Part shown: positions 45,051 to 54,712 of the stretch, piece after piece
Numbering within the stretch: position 1 is the stretch's first letter
Layout: each line of letters opens with the position of its first letter
Source of the DNA: Oceanispirochaeta sp.
Lineage (GTDB): Bacteria; Spirochaetota; Spirochaetia; DSM-2461
DNA length: 64,000 bases
Assembly: GCA_963666275.2 (NCBI GenBank)
Contig: CAXXOA010000001.1
Coordinates: forward strand, 1,504,001 to 1,568,000
Reading direction: 5' to 3'
Translations under genes and position numbers: made by a program
Notes under the pieces: generated by a model
Told to the model about the DNA's origin: nothing
Databases searched by the model: none
What the model saw: the letters and a program-made list of their open reading frames with translations, nothing else

Positions 45051-46934
45051 ATGCAAGTTAAAAAGTTATCTAATATTCTGGAAAAGCAGGAAATTCAGTC
45101 TCTACAGGATAAATTCTCTCAGATTACCGGTGTCTCTTCCGTAATAACGGATCTTGACGGCACCCCCTTTACAGACTTTTCCCGGATATGTTCCCTATGC
45201 CATTCCATACGATCTACTGAAAAAGGCAGGGAAGACTGTCTTAAAATTAATTTGAAATACAACTCCGATGATGTGGATGACATCTCCCTTCATCGCTGTC
45301 CTCATACAGATCTCTGGGAAACCGGTGTAAAAATCCGTGTGGGCGGACAGCATGTGGGGAACTGGATCATAGGGCAGGTGCGTCAGGATAACTTTCAGAC
45401 CTCTGTGGTCAGATCCTATGGAGAACTTCTGGGGCTGGATCCTTCCGGAATCGAGGGAGCCATAGAAGAGATCCCTGTAATGCAGGAGACAGAATTCAAT
45501 ATGATCCTGGAAATCCTCCATCTTTTTTCCAATCAGCTCTCCTCTCTGGCCTACAGGAAAGCCCTTCTGAAAAAAGAGATCTCCGAAAAAAATGCCATTT
45601 CCAGGCAATTGAACTTTCTGAATTTTCATGATCCCGAGACAGGGCTGATCAACAGGGAGCTCTGCGAGGAGAGGATTCGCCATCTGATACAGGTGGGATT
45701 GAGGACCCGGCGGAATGATTTTTCCCTTGTTATGCTTTCTGTGGGCGGTATCAAGCATCACAGGGAACTCTACGGTACGGAAGGTGTCAAAACTATTGTC
45801 AGGATTCTGGCAGGGACTCTCAAGCACTCAGTTAGAAATGAAGACACGGTCTGCCGTTTCTCCTCGGACGAATTCCTTCTGGTTCTGGAAAATCATGAAG
45901 GAAGTCAGAATCCGCCTGAAGTTGTGTTCAGCAGGATCAATGACGCTCTGAAATCTGGTGTGTTCCTGGACGGTGAAAAAATTAAATTACAGGTTTTCGG
46001 GGGAAAAGTAGACTGGAAACCGGATGATTCCATCGGTACGACACATCTTATCCGGAAATGTTATGCCGCTTTGCAGGAATCGATGAAAAGGAACTCCCGG
46101 GAGCTCTATACGTATACGGATGATATGTACAAAACCGTGATGTTTGAATATGAGCTGGAGAGAAGCTTTGAAAAGGCCATAGAGTCGGAGCAGATTGTTC
46201 CCTATTTTCAGCCCATCGTACGCATTGATGAGGAAGGAAATTCACATGTCTACGGTTATGAAGTCCTGGCCCGGTGGGATCATCCCCGGTACGGGATCCT
46301 AATGCCCGGCCTGTTCATTCCCCTGGCGGAGCAGCACAATATGCTTCGGGAGCTTACCGAATATATTATGAGACAGGGCGCCCGATTTATAAAAGAAGTG
46401 AACGAAGGGCATGATGGAACAGATCTGTTTATTTCCATCAACATCACCCCCGATGAGTTTGTCAGACCCGATCTTATGGATATGATTAAAGAACTTCTAC
46501 AGGAGGAAGATATTCCCGGCAGATGGATCAAACTGGAAATTACAGAGAATTCCATCCTCAAAGGGGGGGAGGATTCGATTGCCAAAATCAGAGAGCTGAA
46601 CCGGATGGGGATTAAACTCTCCATGGATGATTTCGGGACAGGATACTCCAATCTCTCACTCCTCTGCCGTCTGCCTCTGAACAATATCAAACTGGACAAG
46701 TCCCTGATTCTTCTGGCGGAAGAGAATGAAAACTTTATACAGGCTATTATACGAATGGCGGACAGTCTGGATCTTGAGATTATTGCAGAAGGGGTGGAAA
46801 AGCAGTCACAGATAGATATTCTGAAAAAAATGGGCTGTTATCTCCACCAGGGCTTCTTCTATTCTCTGCCCCAGGATGCCCGGACGATTAAAGAAGCGGG
46901 CATCCTGATTCCCCGGGGAGAAGTTCTCGCCTAG
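45051..46934 (+). CDS. PocR sensor + degenerate GGDEF + EAL c-di-GMP phosphodiesterase
   Basis: LQDKFS..TG...D.DG.P...C.LC..IR...C...C.H...IIGQV PocR pattern; RFSSDEF; EVLARW, DDFGTGYS, IKLDKS, AEGVE and QGF motifs. Confidence 0.9.
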   Translation: MQVKKLSNILEKQEIQSLQDKFSQITGVSSVITDLDGTPFTDFSRICSLCHSIRSTEKGREDCLKINLKYNSDDVDDISLHRCPHTDLWETGVKIRVGGQHVGNWIIGQVRQDNFQTSVVRSYGELLGLDPSGIEGAIEEIPVMQETEFNMILEILHLFSNQLSSLAYRKALLKKEISEKNAISRQLNFLNFHDPETGLINRELCEERIRHLIQVGLRTRRNDFSLVMLSVGGIKHHRELYGTEGVKTIVRILAGTLKHSVRNEDTVCRFSSDEFLLVLENHEGSQNPPEVVFSRINDALKSGVFLDGEKIKLQVFGGKVDWKPDDSIGTTHLIRKCYAALQESMKRNSRELYTYTDDMYKTVMFEYELERSFEKAIESEQIVPYFQPIVRIDEEGNSHVYGYEVLARWDHPRYGILMPGLFIPLAEQHNMLRELTEYIMRQGARFIKEVNEGHDGTDLFISINITPDEFVRPDLMDMIKELLQEEDIPGRWIKLEITENSILKGGEDSIAKIRELNRMGIKLSMDDFGTGYSNLSLLCRLPLNNIKLDKSLILLAEENENFIQAIIRMADSLDLEIIAEGVEKQSQIDILKKMGCYLHQGFFYSLPQDARTIKEAGILIPRGEVLA

Positions 46935-47401
46935 AAATTCATCTTAAAATTTCTTTCCGCATCCCTCTGCTGATCCTTGGCCTTGATGGTTTCCCGTTTG
47001 TCGTACTGTTTCTTTCCTTTACAGACGCCCACTTCCACTTTGACTTTGCCTTTCACAAGGTAGAATTTCAGAGGGATCAGGGTGAAACCTTTTTCAGAAA
47101 CTTTTCTTTCCAGTTTCTTTATTTCCTGTTTATGGGCCAGAAGTTTTCTGACCCTGTCGGGATCGTGGTTATGGATATTGCCGAAATCGTAGGGTGTAAC
47201 ATGCAGATTCCGGATAAAAAGTTCATGGTTCCGTATCTCAACAAAGGAATCAGGAAAGGAGAATTTCGACGCTTTGAAGGACTTTACTTCCGTACCTTTC
47301 AGGGCAATTCCGCATTCCAGAGATTCTGAGACTGTATAGTTGTATCGGGCTTTTCTGTTTTCTCCCAGCACATTGGAGGGAGTCTTTTTCTTCTTGGCCA
47401 T
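46931..47401 (-). CDS. smpB: SsrA-binding protein
   Basis: NRKARYNY, GIALKGTEVKS, RKLLAHKQEI and GKKQYDKRE motifs. Confidence 0.98.
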   Translation of the reverse strand: MAKKKKTPSNVLGENRKARYNYTVSESLECGIALKGTEVKSFKASKFSFPDSFVEIRNHELFIRNLHVTPYDFGNIHNHDPDRVRKLLAHKQEIKKLERKVSEKGFTLIPLKFYLVKGKVKVEVGVCKGKKQYDKRETIKAKDQQRDAERNFKMNF

Positions 47402-47409
47402 AGAGGAGG

Positions 47410-47438
47410 ATTATAGAAGAAAAGTTCCTATATGACAA
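47410..47438 (-). promoter_or_regulatory. smpB promoter (apparently leaderless or near-leaderless)
   Basis: TTGTCA-N17-TATAAT, then 8 nt (CCTCCTCT) to ATG; no SD. Confidence 0.7.
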
Positions 47439-47528
47439 TTCTCAGAGTGAGTAAGTTAAAAATAATGGCAGGGGTCTTGAACAGACAGCATTTTCGGGAC
47501 ATCTTTAACTGAAGGAGCAGGATTCATC

Positions 47529-48266
47529 ATGTACAGTTCTAAAAGGGTCAGATCCTACAGGGAAAAGAAAGAAGTCACCGGAAGGCGGGTCAGAAGAATC
47601 GTTCTGGTTCTGCTGCTTTTTACTCTGTATCAGTTCTTTACCATATATGTCTCCACCCCTTTGAAGATAACCTCCCGCTCCATGGAGCCCGCACTGAGTC
47701 CTTCTGACAGGATCCTTTTTTCACGGGTTTCTCTTGAAGCTCAGACAATGTTTGATCAGTTTTCCTTCTGGGGCCTCGAAAGGGGAGATCTTGTTGTCAT
47801 GCATCCCCCCTTTTACAGGGAAAATCTGGGACTTATCGACTTTATCAATCCTGTGATCCGGTTTTTCACATTTCAGAAAATTCAGTTCAGTTCCTATAAC
47901 CGGCCTGACTGGGAGGACGGCTATATGATTAAACGGATCATCGGGCTTCCCGGTGATACAGTGAGGGTTGAAAATTTCAGAGTCTATATCACTCCGGCCG
48001 GGAGCAGTGTGGAAACTTTTGAAGAAACTCTGGCTCAGACGGAGTATACTCCCCTTATGCCTGAAACACCCCCGGGATGGAGAGAGGGGTATCCATTTGA
48101 CGGATATCAGGAACCTGTTGTTCTGGGGGAGGATGAGTTTTTCCTGCTCAGCGACAGCAGAGGGAAAGGGAACGACAGTCTCTACTGGGGACCTGTGAAA
48201 GAAACGTCCATCCTGGGAAAAGTCCTGTTCCGCTATTTCCCTTTTAAAAAAATGTCCCTTTTATAG
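47529..48266 (+). CDS. lepB: Signal peptidase I
   Basis: TM; SRSMEP (catalytic Ser); RGDLVV; IKRIIGLPGD (catalytic Lys); divergent box E. Confidence 0.88.
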   Translation: MYSSKRVRSYREKKEVTGRRVRRIVLVLLLFTLYQFFTIYVSTPLKITSRSMEPALSPSDRILFSRVSLEAQTMFDQFSFWGLERGDLVVMHPPFYRENLGLIDFINPVIRFFTFQKIQFSSYNRPDWEDGYMIKRIIGLPGDTVRVENFRVYITPAGSSVETFEETLAQTEYTPLMPETPPGWREGYPFDGYQEPVVLGEDEFFLLSDSRGKGNDSLYWGPVKETSILGKVLFRYFPFKKMSLL

Positions 48267-48276
48267 GAGGCTTTCC

Positions 48277-49482
48277 GTGGCCGGATATTCAGCGGCTCTC
48301 TACATTCATATCCCTTTCTGCACTTCCAAGTGCGACTACTGCGATTTTTTTTCCATCACCGACTACTCCTGTGTCAATGATACAGTCAATGCCATTGTAA
48401 CTCAGATAGAACAGGAGAAATCTCTTTACGGCATAAAAGATTTCTCTTCCGTGTATATCGGAGGGGGGACTCCCGGTTCTCTTTCGCCTGAACTCATTGT
48501 CTATCTGATGGAGGCTCTTTCCCGGATAAACGGCAACAGCCTTCCCGGGGAAGTCACAATGGAATGTAATCCCGTGAATGTATCGGTTCAGTCGCTGGCT
48601 CTCTGGCAGTCCTGCGGGATAAACCGCATCAGCCTGGGAGTTCAGACGTTCCGGGACAGTTTTCTGAAGCTTGCAGGACGCCGCAGCTCGGAGCAGGCTA
48701 TTCAGAAAGCTCTGGATCTGATCAGTCACCATCCTGGCTTTACTCTGAGTATCGATCTGATACAGGGACTGCCGGGAATGACCAGGGAAGACCAGATTCT
48801 GGATCTGCAGGAGGCGGCGGGCTGGAGAGCCGATCATATATCCTGGTATTCCCTTACGCTGGAGAACGGGACCGTACTTTCGGACTCCTGGGAAAAAAGG
48901 CAGGACCTGGAAATCACAGCGGAAGAGGAAGAGGAAATTTGGCGGGAGGGCTGCCTCCTTCTGGAAGAGAAGGGGTTCAGGCGCTACGAGGTCTCCAACT
49001 TTGCCCGTCCCGGCAGGGAGTGTTTTCATAATAAAGCCTACTGGCAGATGCGTCCCTTCCTGGGGGTCGGTCCCGGGGCTGTCTCTATGATCCGCAATCC
49101 TTCGGGAGTCCTGGAAAGACACAGAGTTCTGCGGGATGTGGGGCGCTTTGCTTCCGGGATATTCGAAAAGGAAGATGTGGAAATCCTGTCACCTTCAGAC
49201 TTTCTGAAAGACTACTTTCTGATGGGCCTGAGAATGAAGGAAGGCATCAGTATCGGGGCTTTCCGGCAGGTTTTCGCTAAGGTTCCGGAAGAGTTTATTC
49301 CCCGGACAATTTCGGTGAATCTGAAGAACGGGAATATGGAGCGCAGGGAAGATTCCCTTTTTCTCAACTCCCGGGGGCTGGATCTTCTCAATGCTGTTCT
49401 TGTGGAAATTTTTACGGAACTTGACGAAATAACAGGTCCTGAAGGAGTTAACTGGCCAACAGAGGTGGCTCCCTATTCTTGA
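48277..49482 (+). CDS. hemW: Radical SAM heme chaperone HemW
   Basis: LYIHIPFC, CTSKCDYC, GGGTP, RISLGVQ and YEVSNF...HN..YW motifs. Confidence 0.9.
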   Translation: MAGYSAALYIHIPFCTSKCDYCDFFSITDYSCVNDTVNAIVTQIEQEKSLYGIKDFSSVYIGGGTPGSLSPELIVYLMEALSRINGNSLPGEVTMECNPVNVSVQSLALWQSCGINRISLGVQTFRDSFLKLAGRRSSEQAIQKALDLISHHPGFTLSIDLIQGLPGMTREDQILDLQEAAGWRADHISWYSLTLENGTVLSDSWEKRQDLEITAEEEEEIWREGCLLLEEKGFRRYEVSNFARPGRECFHNKAYWQMRPFLGVGPGAVSMIRNPSGVLERHRVLRDVGRFASGIFEKEDVEILSPSDFLKDYFLMGLRMKEGISIGAFRQVFAKVPEEFIPRTISVNLKNGNMERREDSLFLNSRGLDLLNAVLVEIFTELDEITGPEGVNWPTEVAPYS

Positions 49483-49538
49483 CAGCCTGATTTTCGTTAT
49501 GCTATTTTTTACAGGATTTCCATATCAGAGGAGAAAAT

Positions 49539-50279
49539 ATGTCAGGTCATAGTAAATGGCATACTATAAAGCACAAGAAAGGCGCTGCAGACGCCAAAAG
49601 AGGAAAACTCTTTACAAAAATTATCAAAGAGATCACTGTTGCCGCTAAAATGGGCGGAGGGGATCTTGAAGCAAATGCCGCCCTCAGAACTGTTGTACTA
49701 AAAGCGAAAGCGGCAAATATGCCCAAAGACAACATTGAGAAAGCGATCAAGAAGGGAACCGGAGACATGGAAGGGGTCGACTATGTCGAACTTTCCTACG
49801 AAGCCTATGCTCCCGGCGGAGTGGGACTCCTTATTTCCGCTCTGACTGATAACAAAAACAGAACCGCAGCGGATGTGAGGAGCATTCTCAACAAAGGCGG
49901 CGGATCTCTGGCAGCGACCGGTGCCGTATCCTACCAGTTCAACAGAAAAGGTATCATCTCCTATGACGGAGAAAATACAGATTTCGAATCCCTGTTTGAA
50001 GCGGCTCTTGAAGCGGGTGCGGAAGATGTTACCGACGATGACGGTGCCATTGAAGTTGTTACCGATCCCAGTGAATTCGAAGCCGTTCTGACGGCTCTTC
50101 AGGCTGCGGATTTCAAAGAAGTGGGAGCGGAAGTCACCATGGTTCCCGATAATACTGTTTCTCTGGATGATGATCAGACAGGAAAAGTCCTTCGTCTGAT
50201 AGAGCGGCTGGAAGATAACGATGATGTCCAGGATGTAGCCAGTAATCTGGATGTTCCTGCTGACTTCGAAATGGAATAA
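49539..50279 (+). CDS. YebC/PmpR-family protein
   Basis: [30 protein letters not shown] and LEDNDDVQ motifs. Confidence 0.96.
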   Translation: MSGHSKWHTIKHKKGAADAKRGKLFTKIIKEITVAAKMGGGDLEANAALRTVVLKAKAANMPKDNIEKAIKKGTGDMEGVDYVELSYEAYAPGGVGLLISALTDNKNRTAADVRSILNKGGGSLAATGAVSYQFNRKGIISYDGENTDFESLFEAALEAGAEDVTDDDGAIEVVTDPSEFEAVLTALQAADFKEVGAEVTMVPDNTVSLDDDQTGKVLRLIERLEDNDDVQDVASNLDVPADFEME

Positions 50280-50758
50280 TGCCCCTCATTCTGGGGATAG
50301 ACCCCGGTTTAGCCGATGCCGGCTGGGGGCTGGTGAGCCACGACGGAATACGGGGGCGCCATGTGGCCCACGGGGTTATAAAAACCAGCAGCAAAATGCC
50401 CTCTCCTTTAAGACTGCAGAGCCTCTATCAGGGGCTCTGTTCTGTTATAGAAGAGTACAGGCCGGACTGTGCGGGCATAGAGACCCTCTATTTTGCCAAA
50501 AATGTCAAATCCGCTCTTCCTGTCGCAGAAGCGAGGGGCGTTCTGGTTCTGGCCATGGCCCAATCGGGTATCCCGGTTTACGAGTATACTCCGCTTCAGA
50601 TAAAACAGGCTGTTGTGGGAAACGGACGGGCGGAAAAAAAACAGGTTCAGATGATGGTTGCTCTTCTTCTGAAACTCTCTGAGCAGCCCCGTCCGGATCA
50701 TGCCGCTGATGCGCTGGCAGCTGCTGTCTGCCATGCCCATACGGGAGGAAGAGTGTGA
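50279..50758 (+). CDS. ruvC: Holliday junction resolvase RuvC
   Basis: ILGIDPG, IE.LYF, EYTP.QIKQAVVG.G and DHAADALA motifs. Confidence 0.96.
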   Translation: MPLILGIDPGLADAGWGLVSHDGIRGRHVAHGVIKTSSKMPSPLRLQSLYQGLCSVIEEYRPDCAGIETLYFAKNVKSALPVAEARGVLVLAMAQSGIPVYEYTPLQIKQAVVGNGRAEKKQVQMMVALLLKLSEQPRPDHAADALAAAVCHAHTGGRV

Positions 50759-51354
50759 TTAACAGTATTAAAGGCATTGTTACGGAAAAAACTTCAGGAT
50801 CCATCTGTCTTGAAAACCAGGGAATCGAGTGGATTCTGGAAGCTTCAGCCATGTCCATCAGCTCTGCCCCGGCGGTAGGGGAAGAAGCCCGGCTTTACAC
50901 CTGGATGTATCACAGAGAAGATGCCATGGGGCTTTTCGCCTTTACCACCCGCAATGAGCGCTTCCTTTTTCTGGATCTGATCTCTGTCAGCGGCGTAGGG
51001 CCCAAGGGGGCTCTGAAAATCCTCTCGGCTGCGCGTACGGAACAGATTGTCCAGTACCTGGAGGAAGAGAACCTGGACGGCCTGTCCTCCCTTCCCGGAC
51101 TGGGAAAGAAAACAGCTCAGAAGATCCTGCTTCAGCTGAAAGGCAAACTCACCTGGGATGACAGTGCTTCCCCCGGAGCCGCATCCGGGCCGGGTGGGGA
51201 ACTCATAGAATCCCTGACTGCCATGGGATTTGATAAACGGCAGGTTCAGAGCGTTGTCAGAAATCTTTTGCAGGATCCTGCTTTTCAGGATCTGAGCGCA
51301 GAGAAGAAGGAACAGGAAATTATAAGAAGAGCCATCATAGAGCTCAGTTCCTAG
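50755..51354 (+). CDS. ruvA: Holliday junction branch-migration protein RuvA
   Basis: [17 protein letters not shown] and [12 protein letters not shown]hH motifs. Confidence 0.96.
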   Translation: MINSIKGIVTEKTSGSICLENQGIEWILEASAMSISSAPAVGEEARLYTWMYHREDAMGLFAFTTRNERFLFLDLISVSGVGPKGALKILSAARTEQIVQYLEEENLDGLSSLPGLGKKTAQKILLQLKGKLTWDDSASPGAASGPGGELIESLTAMGFDKRQVQSVVRNLLQDPAFQDLSAEKKEQEIIRRAIIELSS

Positions 51355-51370
51355 AGGGGCAGAACAAATT

Positions 51371-52396
51371 ATGACAGAAGACAACATCCTTTCCGGCCTG
51401 CCCCATCAGGGGGAAGAACATGCGGATAACCCAATCAGACCGAAGCTGCTGAATGAGTTTCTGGGGCAGGAGGACATAAAAAAGAATCTTCAGGTTTTTA
51501 TTCAGGCTGCCCGGGAGCGTCAGGAACCGCTGGACCACGTTTTCCTGTCAGGACCTCCGGGGCTTGGTAAAACGACCCTGGCGGGAATTATGGCGAATGA
51601 ACTGGGGGTGGAAACAAGAGTCACCTCCGCACCGGCTCTGGATAAACCCAAGGATCTGGCGGGACTTCTTACCACTATTTCTGATCGTACGGTCTTCTTT
51701 ATCGATGAAATTCACAGGCTGAAGCCTGCCATTGAAGAGATGCTCTACATTGCCATGGAAGACTATGAACTGGACTGGATTATCGGTCAGGGGCCTTCGG
51801 CCAGAACAATCAGGATACCTGTTCCTCCTTTCACTATGGTAGGGGCCACGACAAAACCCGGACGGGTTTCCAGTCCCCTTTATACAAGGTTCGGTATCAA
51901 TGTCAGGATGAACTTCTACACTCATGAGGAACTCCAGAAGATTCTTCGCAGGAGTGCCGCGATCCTGGATATTACGATTACCTCGGATGCGGCTATTCTG
52001 CTGGCGGGATCCAGCAGGGGAACCCCTCGTGTAGCCAACCGCCTGCTGCGGCGGATGCGGGATTTTGCCCAGGTCGAGGGCGAAGGGATCATAACAGAAG
52101 ATATTGTCAGATCCGGTCTGCAGAGGCTTCAGGTTGATGAGAAAGGTCTGGAGCGGGTGGACCGTGAGATACTGAGGGCCCTTATCGAAAAGTACGGCGG
52201 AGGCCCTGTGGGGGCTGAAACGCTGGCGATTTCGGTAGGTGAGGGAATTGACTCTCTGGAGGATTTTTACGAGCCCTACATGATACAGCAGGGGTTCCTG
52301 AAGAGAACCCCCCGGGGCAGAGTGGCTACGCCGCTTGCCTACAAACACATAGGATTGGAACAGAACAGCGATGAAAATCAGGGACTTCTCTTTTGA
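51371..52396 (+). CDS. ruvB: Holliday junction helicase RuvB
   Basis: [30 protein letters not shown] and RTPRGR motifs. Confidence 0.98.
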   Translation: MTEDNILSGLPHQGEEHADNPIRPKLLNEFLGQEDIKKNLQVFIQAARERQEPLDHVFLSGPPGLGKTTLAGIMANELGVETRVTSAPALDKPKDLAGLLTTISDRTVFFIDEIHRLKPAIEEMLYIAMEDYELDWIIGQGPSARTIRIPVPPFTMVGATTKPGRVSSPLYTRFGINVRMNFYTHEELQKILRRSAAILDITITSDAAILLAGSSRGTPRVANRLLRRMRDFAQVEGEGIITEDIVRSGLQRLQVDEKGLERVDREILRALIEKYGGGPVGAETLAISVGEGIDSLEDFYEPYMIQQGFLKRTPRGRVATPLAYKHIGLEQNSDENQGLLF

Positions 52397-53390
52397 CCTG
52401 CCACAGGAGCAGATAGCTCAGCATCCGCCGGAAAGCCGCGGAACTGCCCGCCTGATGGTGTTGAACAGAGAGACAAAAACCATAGAACACAGGAATATGA
52501 AGGATTTTCCGGATCTCCTCGAGCCGGGAACTCTGGTCGTATTCAATAATTCCCGGGTCAGAAAAGCCCGGGTCTACGCCCGTTCGGCAACGGGAGGAAA
52601 GGTCGAATTCTTTTTCCTTTCCCGCACCGCACCGGACAGCTGGAAATGCATGGTTTCCAAGGCAAAGAAGCAGAAAACCGGCAAAGTTCTGGAATTCCCC
52701 GGCGGCATAACAGGTACCATTACGGAAGAAGTGACAACAAATCACAGGATCGTCAGGTTTTCTTCTCCCATAGGGGAGGAGTGGCTGGAAGAGTTCGGAC
52801 ACATTCCTCTGCCTCCCTATATCAAAAGGGAGGATACCCGGGATGATTCTGAACGGTATCAGTCAGTATTTTCCCGGGAAACCGGATCTGTAGCCGCTCC
52901 CACGGCCAGTCTTCATTTTACCGAAGAGATTCTGCAGCGGCTGGAGGATAAAGGGATAGAAACAGCCTTTGTCACTCTCCATGTGGGATTGGGAACTTTT
53001 GAACCGGTACGGACTGAGTCCCTGCTGGATCATAGAATGCACGAAGAGCAGTTTTTTATCTCTGATGAGACTGCAGAAAAAGTGGAGCGGGCCAGAAGGG
53101 AGGGGCGACCCATCCTTGCTGTGGGAACCACCAGTATCCGGACCCTGGAATCGGCCTGGGAAAATGACCATCTGAAAAGAGGGATGAACTCAACAAGTCT
53201 TTTTATCTATCCCGGCTACAGCTTTAAAGTGGTGAACAGGGTTTTTACCAATTTTCATACTCCCGAATCCACGCTTCTGGTGCTTGTCTCCTCTTTTGCC
53301 GGTCAGGAATACATCCGAAAGGCTTATGAGGAAGCTGTCGAAAGGGGATATATGTTCTTTTCCTACGGCGATGCCATGCTCATTCAGTGA
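52371..53390 (+). CDS. queA: S-adenosylmethionine:tRNA ribosyltransferase-isomerase
   Basis: [33 protein letters not shown] and FFSYGDAM motifs. Confidence 0.97.
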   Translation: MKIRDFSFDLPQEQIAQHPPESRGTARLMVLNRETKTIEHRNMKDFPDLLEPGTLVVFNNSRVRKARVYARSATGGKVEFFFLSRTAPDSWKCMVSKAKKQKTGKVLEFPGGITGTITEEVTTNHRIVRFSSPIGEEWLEEFGHIPLPPYIKREDTRDDSERYQSVFSRETGSVAAPTASLHFTEEILQRLEDKGIETAFVTLHVGLGTFEPVRTESLLDHRMHEEQFFISDETAEKVERARREGRPILAVGTTSIRTLESAWENDHLKRGMNSTSLFIYPGYSFKVVNRVFTNFHTPESTLLVLVSSFAGQEYIRKAYEEAVERGYMFFSYGDAMLIQ

Positions 53391-53412
53391 GTTTCCCCCT
53401 ACAGGGTCCCTT

Positions 53413-54024
53413 TCAGTAGGTGTTCTGGTTCATGCTCTCAAAGGTCTCTCTCACCTTCTGGAGTCTGTCCAGTTCCCTCTGGAGGGTCCGGCTGTAATCC
53501 AGTTCACCCTTCTGAATCCTGTAGGATTCATCTTCCCAGTACTGTATATCATCAATGAACATCCAGGCAAATTCAGGAGAGGCTGCTTTGGCTGACCATT
53601 CCACCGCATCTTCCCAGAAATTCAGCGCATAGCGGAAACACTCTTCCGCGGTTTCAAGGCTGTCCAGATTGGAAAACTTCCAGGGATAATTGTAAAAGTA
53701 GGCATTCCTTTTATTGTATTTGTTACCCAGTTGGATATAGCTGTCGATGAGACGGAGGTTGACATGCATATAAAAAAGGTAGCGGTACTTTTCCCACTCT
53801 TTTTCTGTTTTTATTTCCGCCAGGGCATTCAGGGGGTTGGCAAAGTCCGATCTCAGGGCCATCCCCAGATAGTGGATGTCCTCCATGGAATCTTCCGGGT
53901 ACTGATAGAGGTGCTGGTGGTAGAGTCTGTACCACTGCTCGGCATAGAGGATCTTATAGGCCCACAGCGGGGAGCTTGTTAAAAGGAGGCATATGGCAAT
54001 GACTCCCATTCTGATGGTTCTCAC
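53413..54024 (-). CDS. Exported Tyr/Trp-rich helical protein of unknown function
   Basis: Signal peptide ending LWA; coherent 203 aa ORF filling the gap between queA and tmk. Confidence 0.75.
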   Translation of the reverse strand: MRTIRMGVIAICLLLTSSPLWAYKILYAEQWYRLYHQHLYQYPEDSMEDIHYLGMALRSDFANPLNALAEIKTEKEWEKYRYLFYMHVNLRLIDSYIQLGNKYNKRNAYFYNYPWKFSNLDSLETAEECFRYALNFWEDAVEWSAKAASPEFAWMFIDDIQYWEDESYRIQKGELDYSRTLQRELDRLQKVRETFESMNQNTY

Positions 54025-54031
54025 ATTTTGA

Positions 54032-54059
54032 GTATCGGCAGAGGGCGGGGGGGGGATTA
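54032..54059 (-). promoter_or_regulatory. Sigma28-like promoter with C9 tract in the spacer
   Basis: Minus strand TAAT-N16-GCCGATAC, 7 nt before the GTG start. Confidence 0.5.
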
Positions 54060-54073
54060 GTGTCTATGGGCAG

Positions 54074-54670
54074 TTAAATGCCGAGAAGGCCCAGAATATC
54101 CTGATGTACCTTTTCCAGAACCTGTTCTCCATTAATCCGGTGCAGGATCCGGACATCAGGGAGCGTGGAAAAGGCTTTTTCATAGTTTTCAGCCACTATC
54201 CGCTGAAGCTTTTCTTTTTCATAGATGTCCTGGGACTCTCTTCTTCCCCGTCGGAGAGAAGAGGTTTCTATGGAGCATTCCAGATAGAGACAGAAATCAG
54301 GTGCGGGAAAATCCGCATTCAGAGCCAGGACTGTGTCAAAGGGGATATCCAGGGACTGGTAGGCAAGGGAGGAGTAGAGGTAGCGGTCACAGAATACCCA
54401 TTCTCCTTCGGCCAGGTGTTTTTCCATTTCGGAAAGGTGTTCTCTCCTGTCGGCGGCAAAAAGCTGGGCCAGTGTCAGTGGGTGGACGAGCTCCCTTTTT
54501 TCAAGGACCGCTCTGGCGGCCTGTCCAATAAAACCATTGGACGGTTCGTAAGTGGTCCAGCAGGGAATTTCACGGTCCCGGCAGTACTGTTTCAGTAAAT
54601 TGAGCTGAGTTGTGGTGCCGGCGCCGTCCAGCCCTTCCAGAACAACAAATTTATGAGGTAAATTCTTCAT
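54074..54670 (-). CDS. tmk: Thymidylate kinase
   Basis: FVVLEGLDGAGTTTQ, TYEPS, LFAADR and DRYLYSSLAYQ motifs. Start set to ATG 54670 (AAGGA RBS, avoids overlap with the divergent gene). Confidence 0.93.
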   Translation of the reverse strand: MKNLPHKFVVLEGLDGAGTTTQLNLLKQYCRDREIPCWTTYEPSNGFIGQAARAVLEKRELVHPLTLAQLFAADRREHLSEMEKHLAEGEWVFCDRYLYSSLAYQSLDIPFDTVLALNADFPAPDFCLYLECSIETSSLRRGRRESQDIYEKEKLQRIVAENYEKAFSTLPDVRILHRINGEQVLEKVHQDILGLLGI

Positions 54671-54712
54671 CTGTCCTTGCCTAATCAAATGTTTCCGATA
54701 GAATAATACACA

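Noticed and set aside
47529..48266. lepB as an inactive pseudo-peptidase because box E reads SDSR..GNDS
   Set aside because: Catalytic Ser and Lys motifs are intact and the ORF is uninterrupted.
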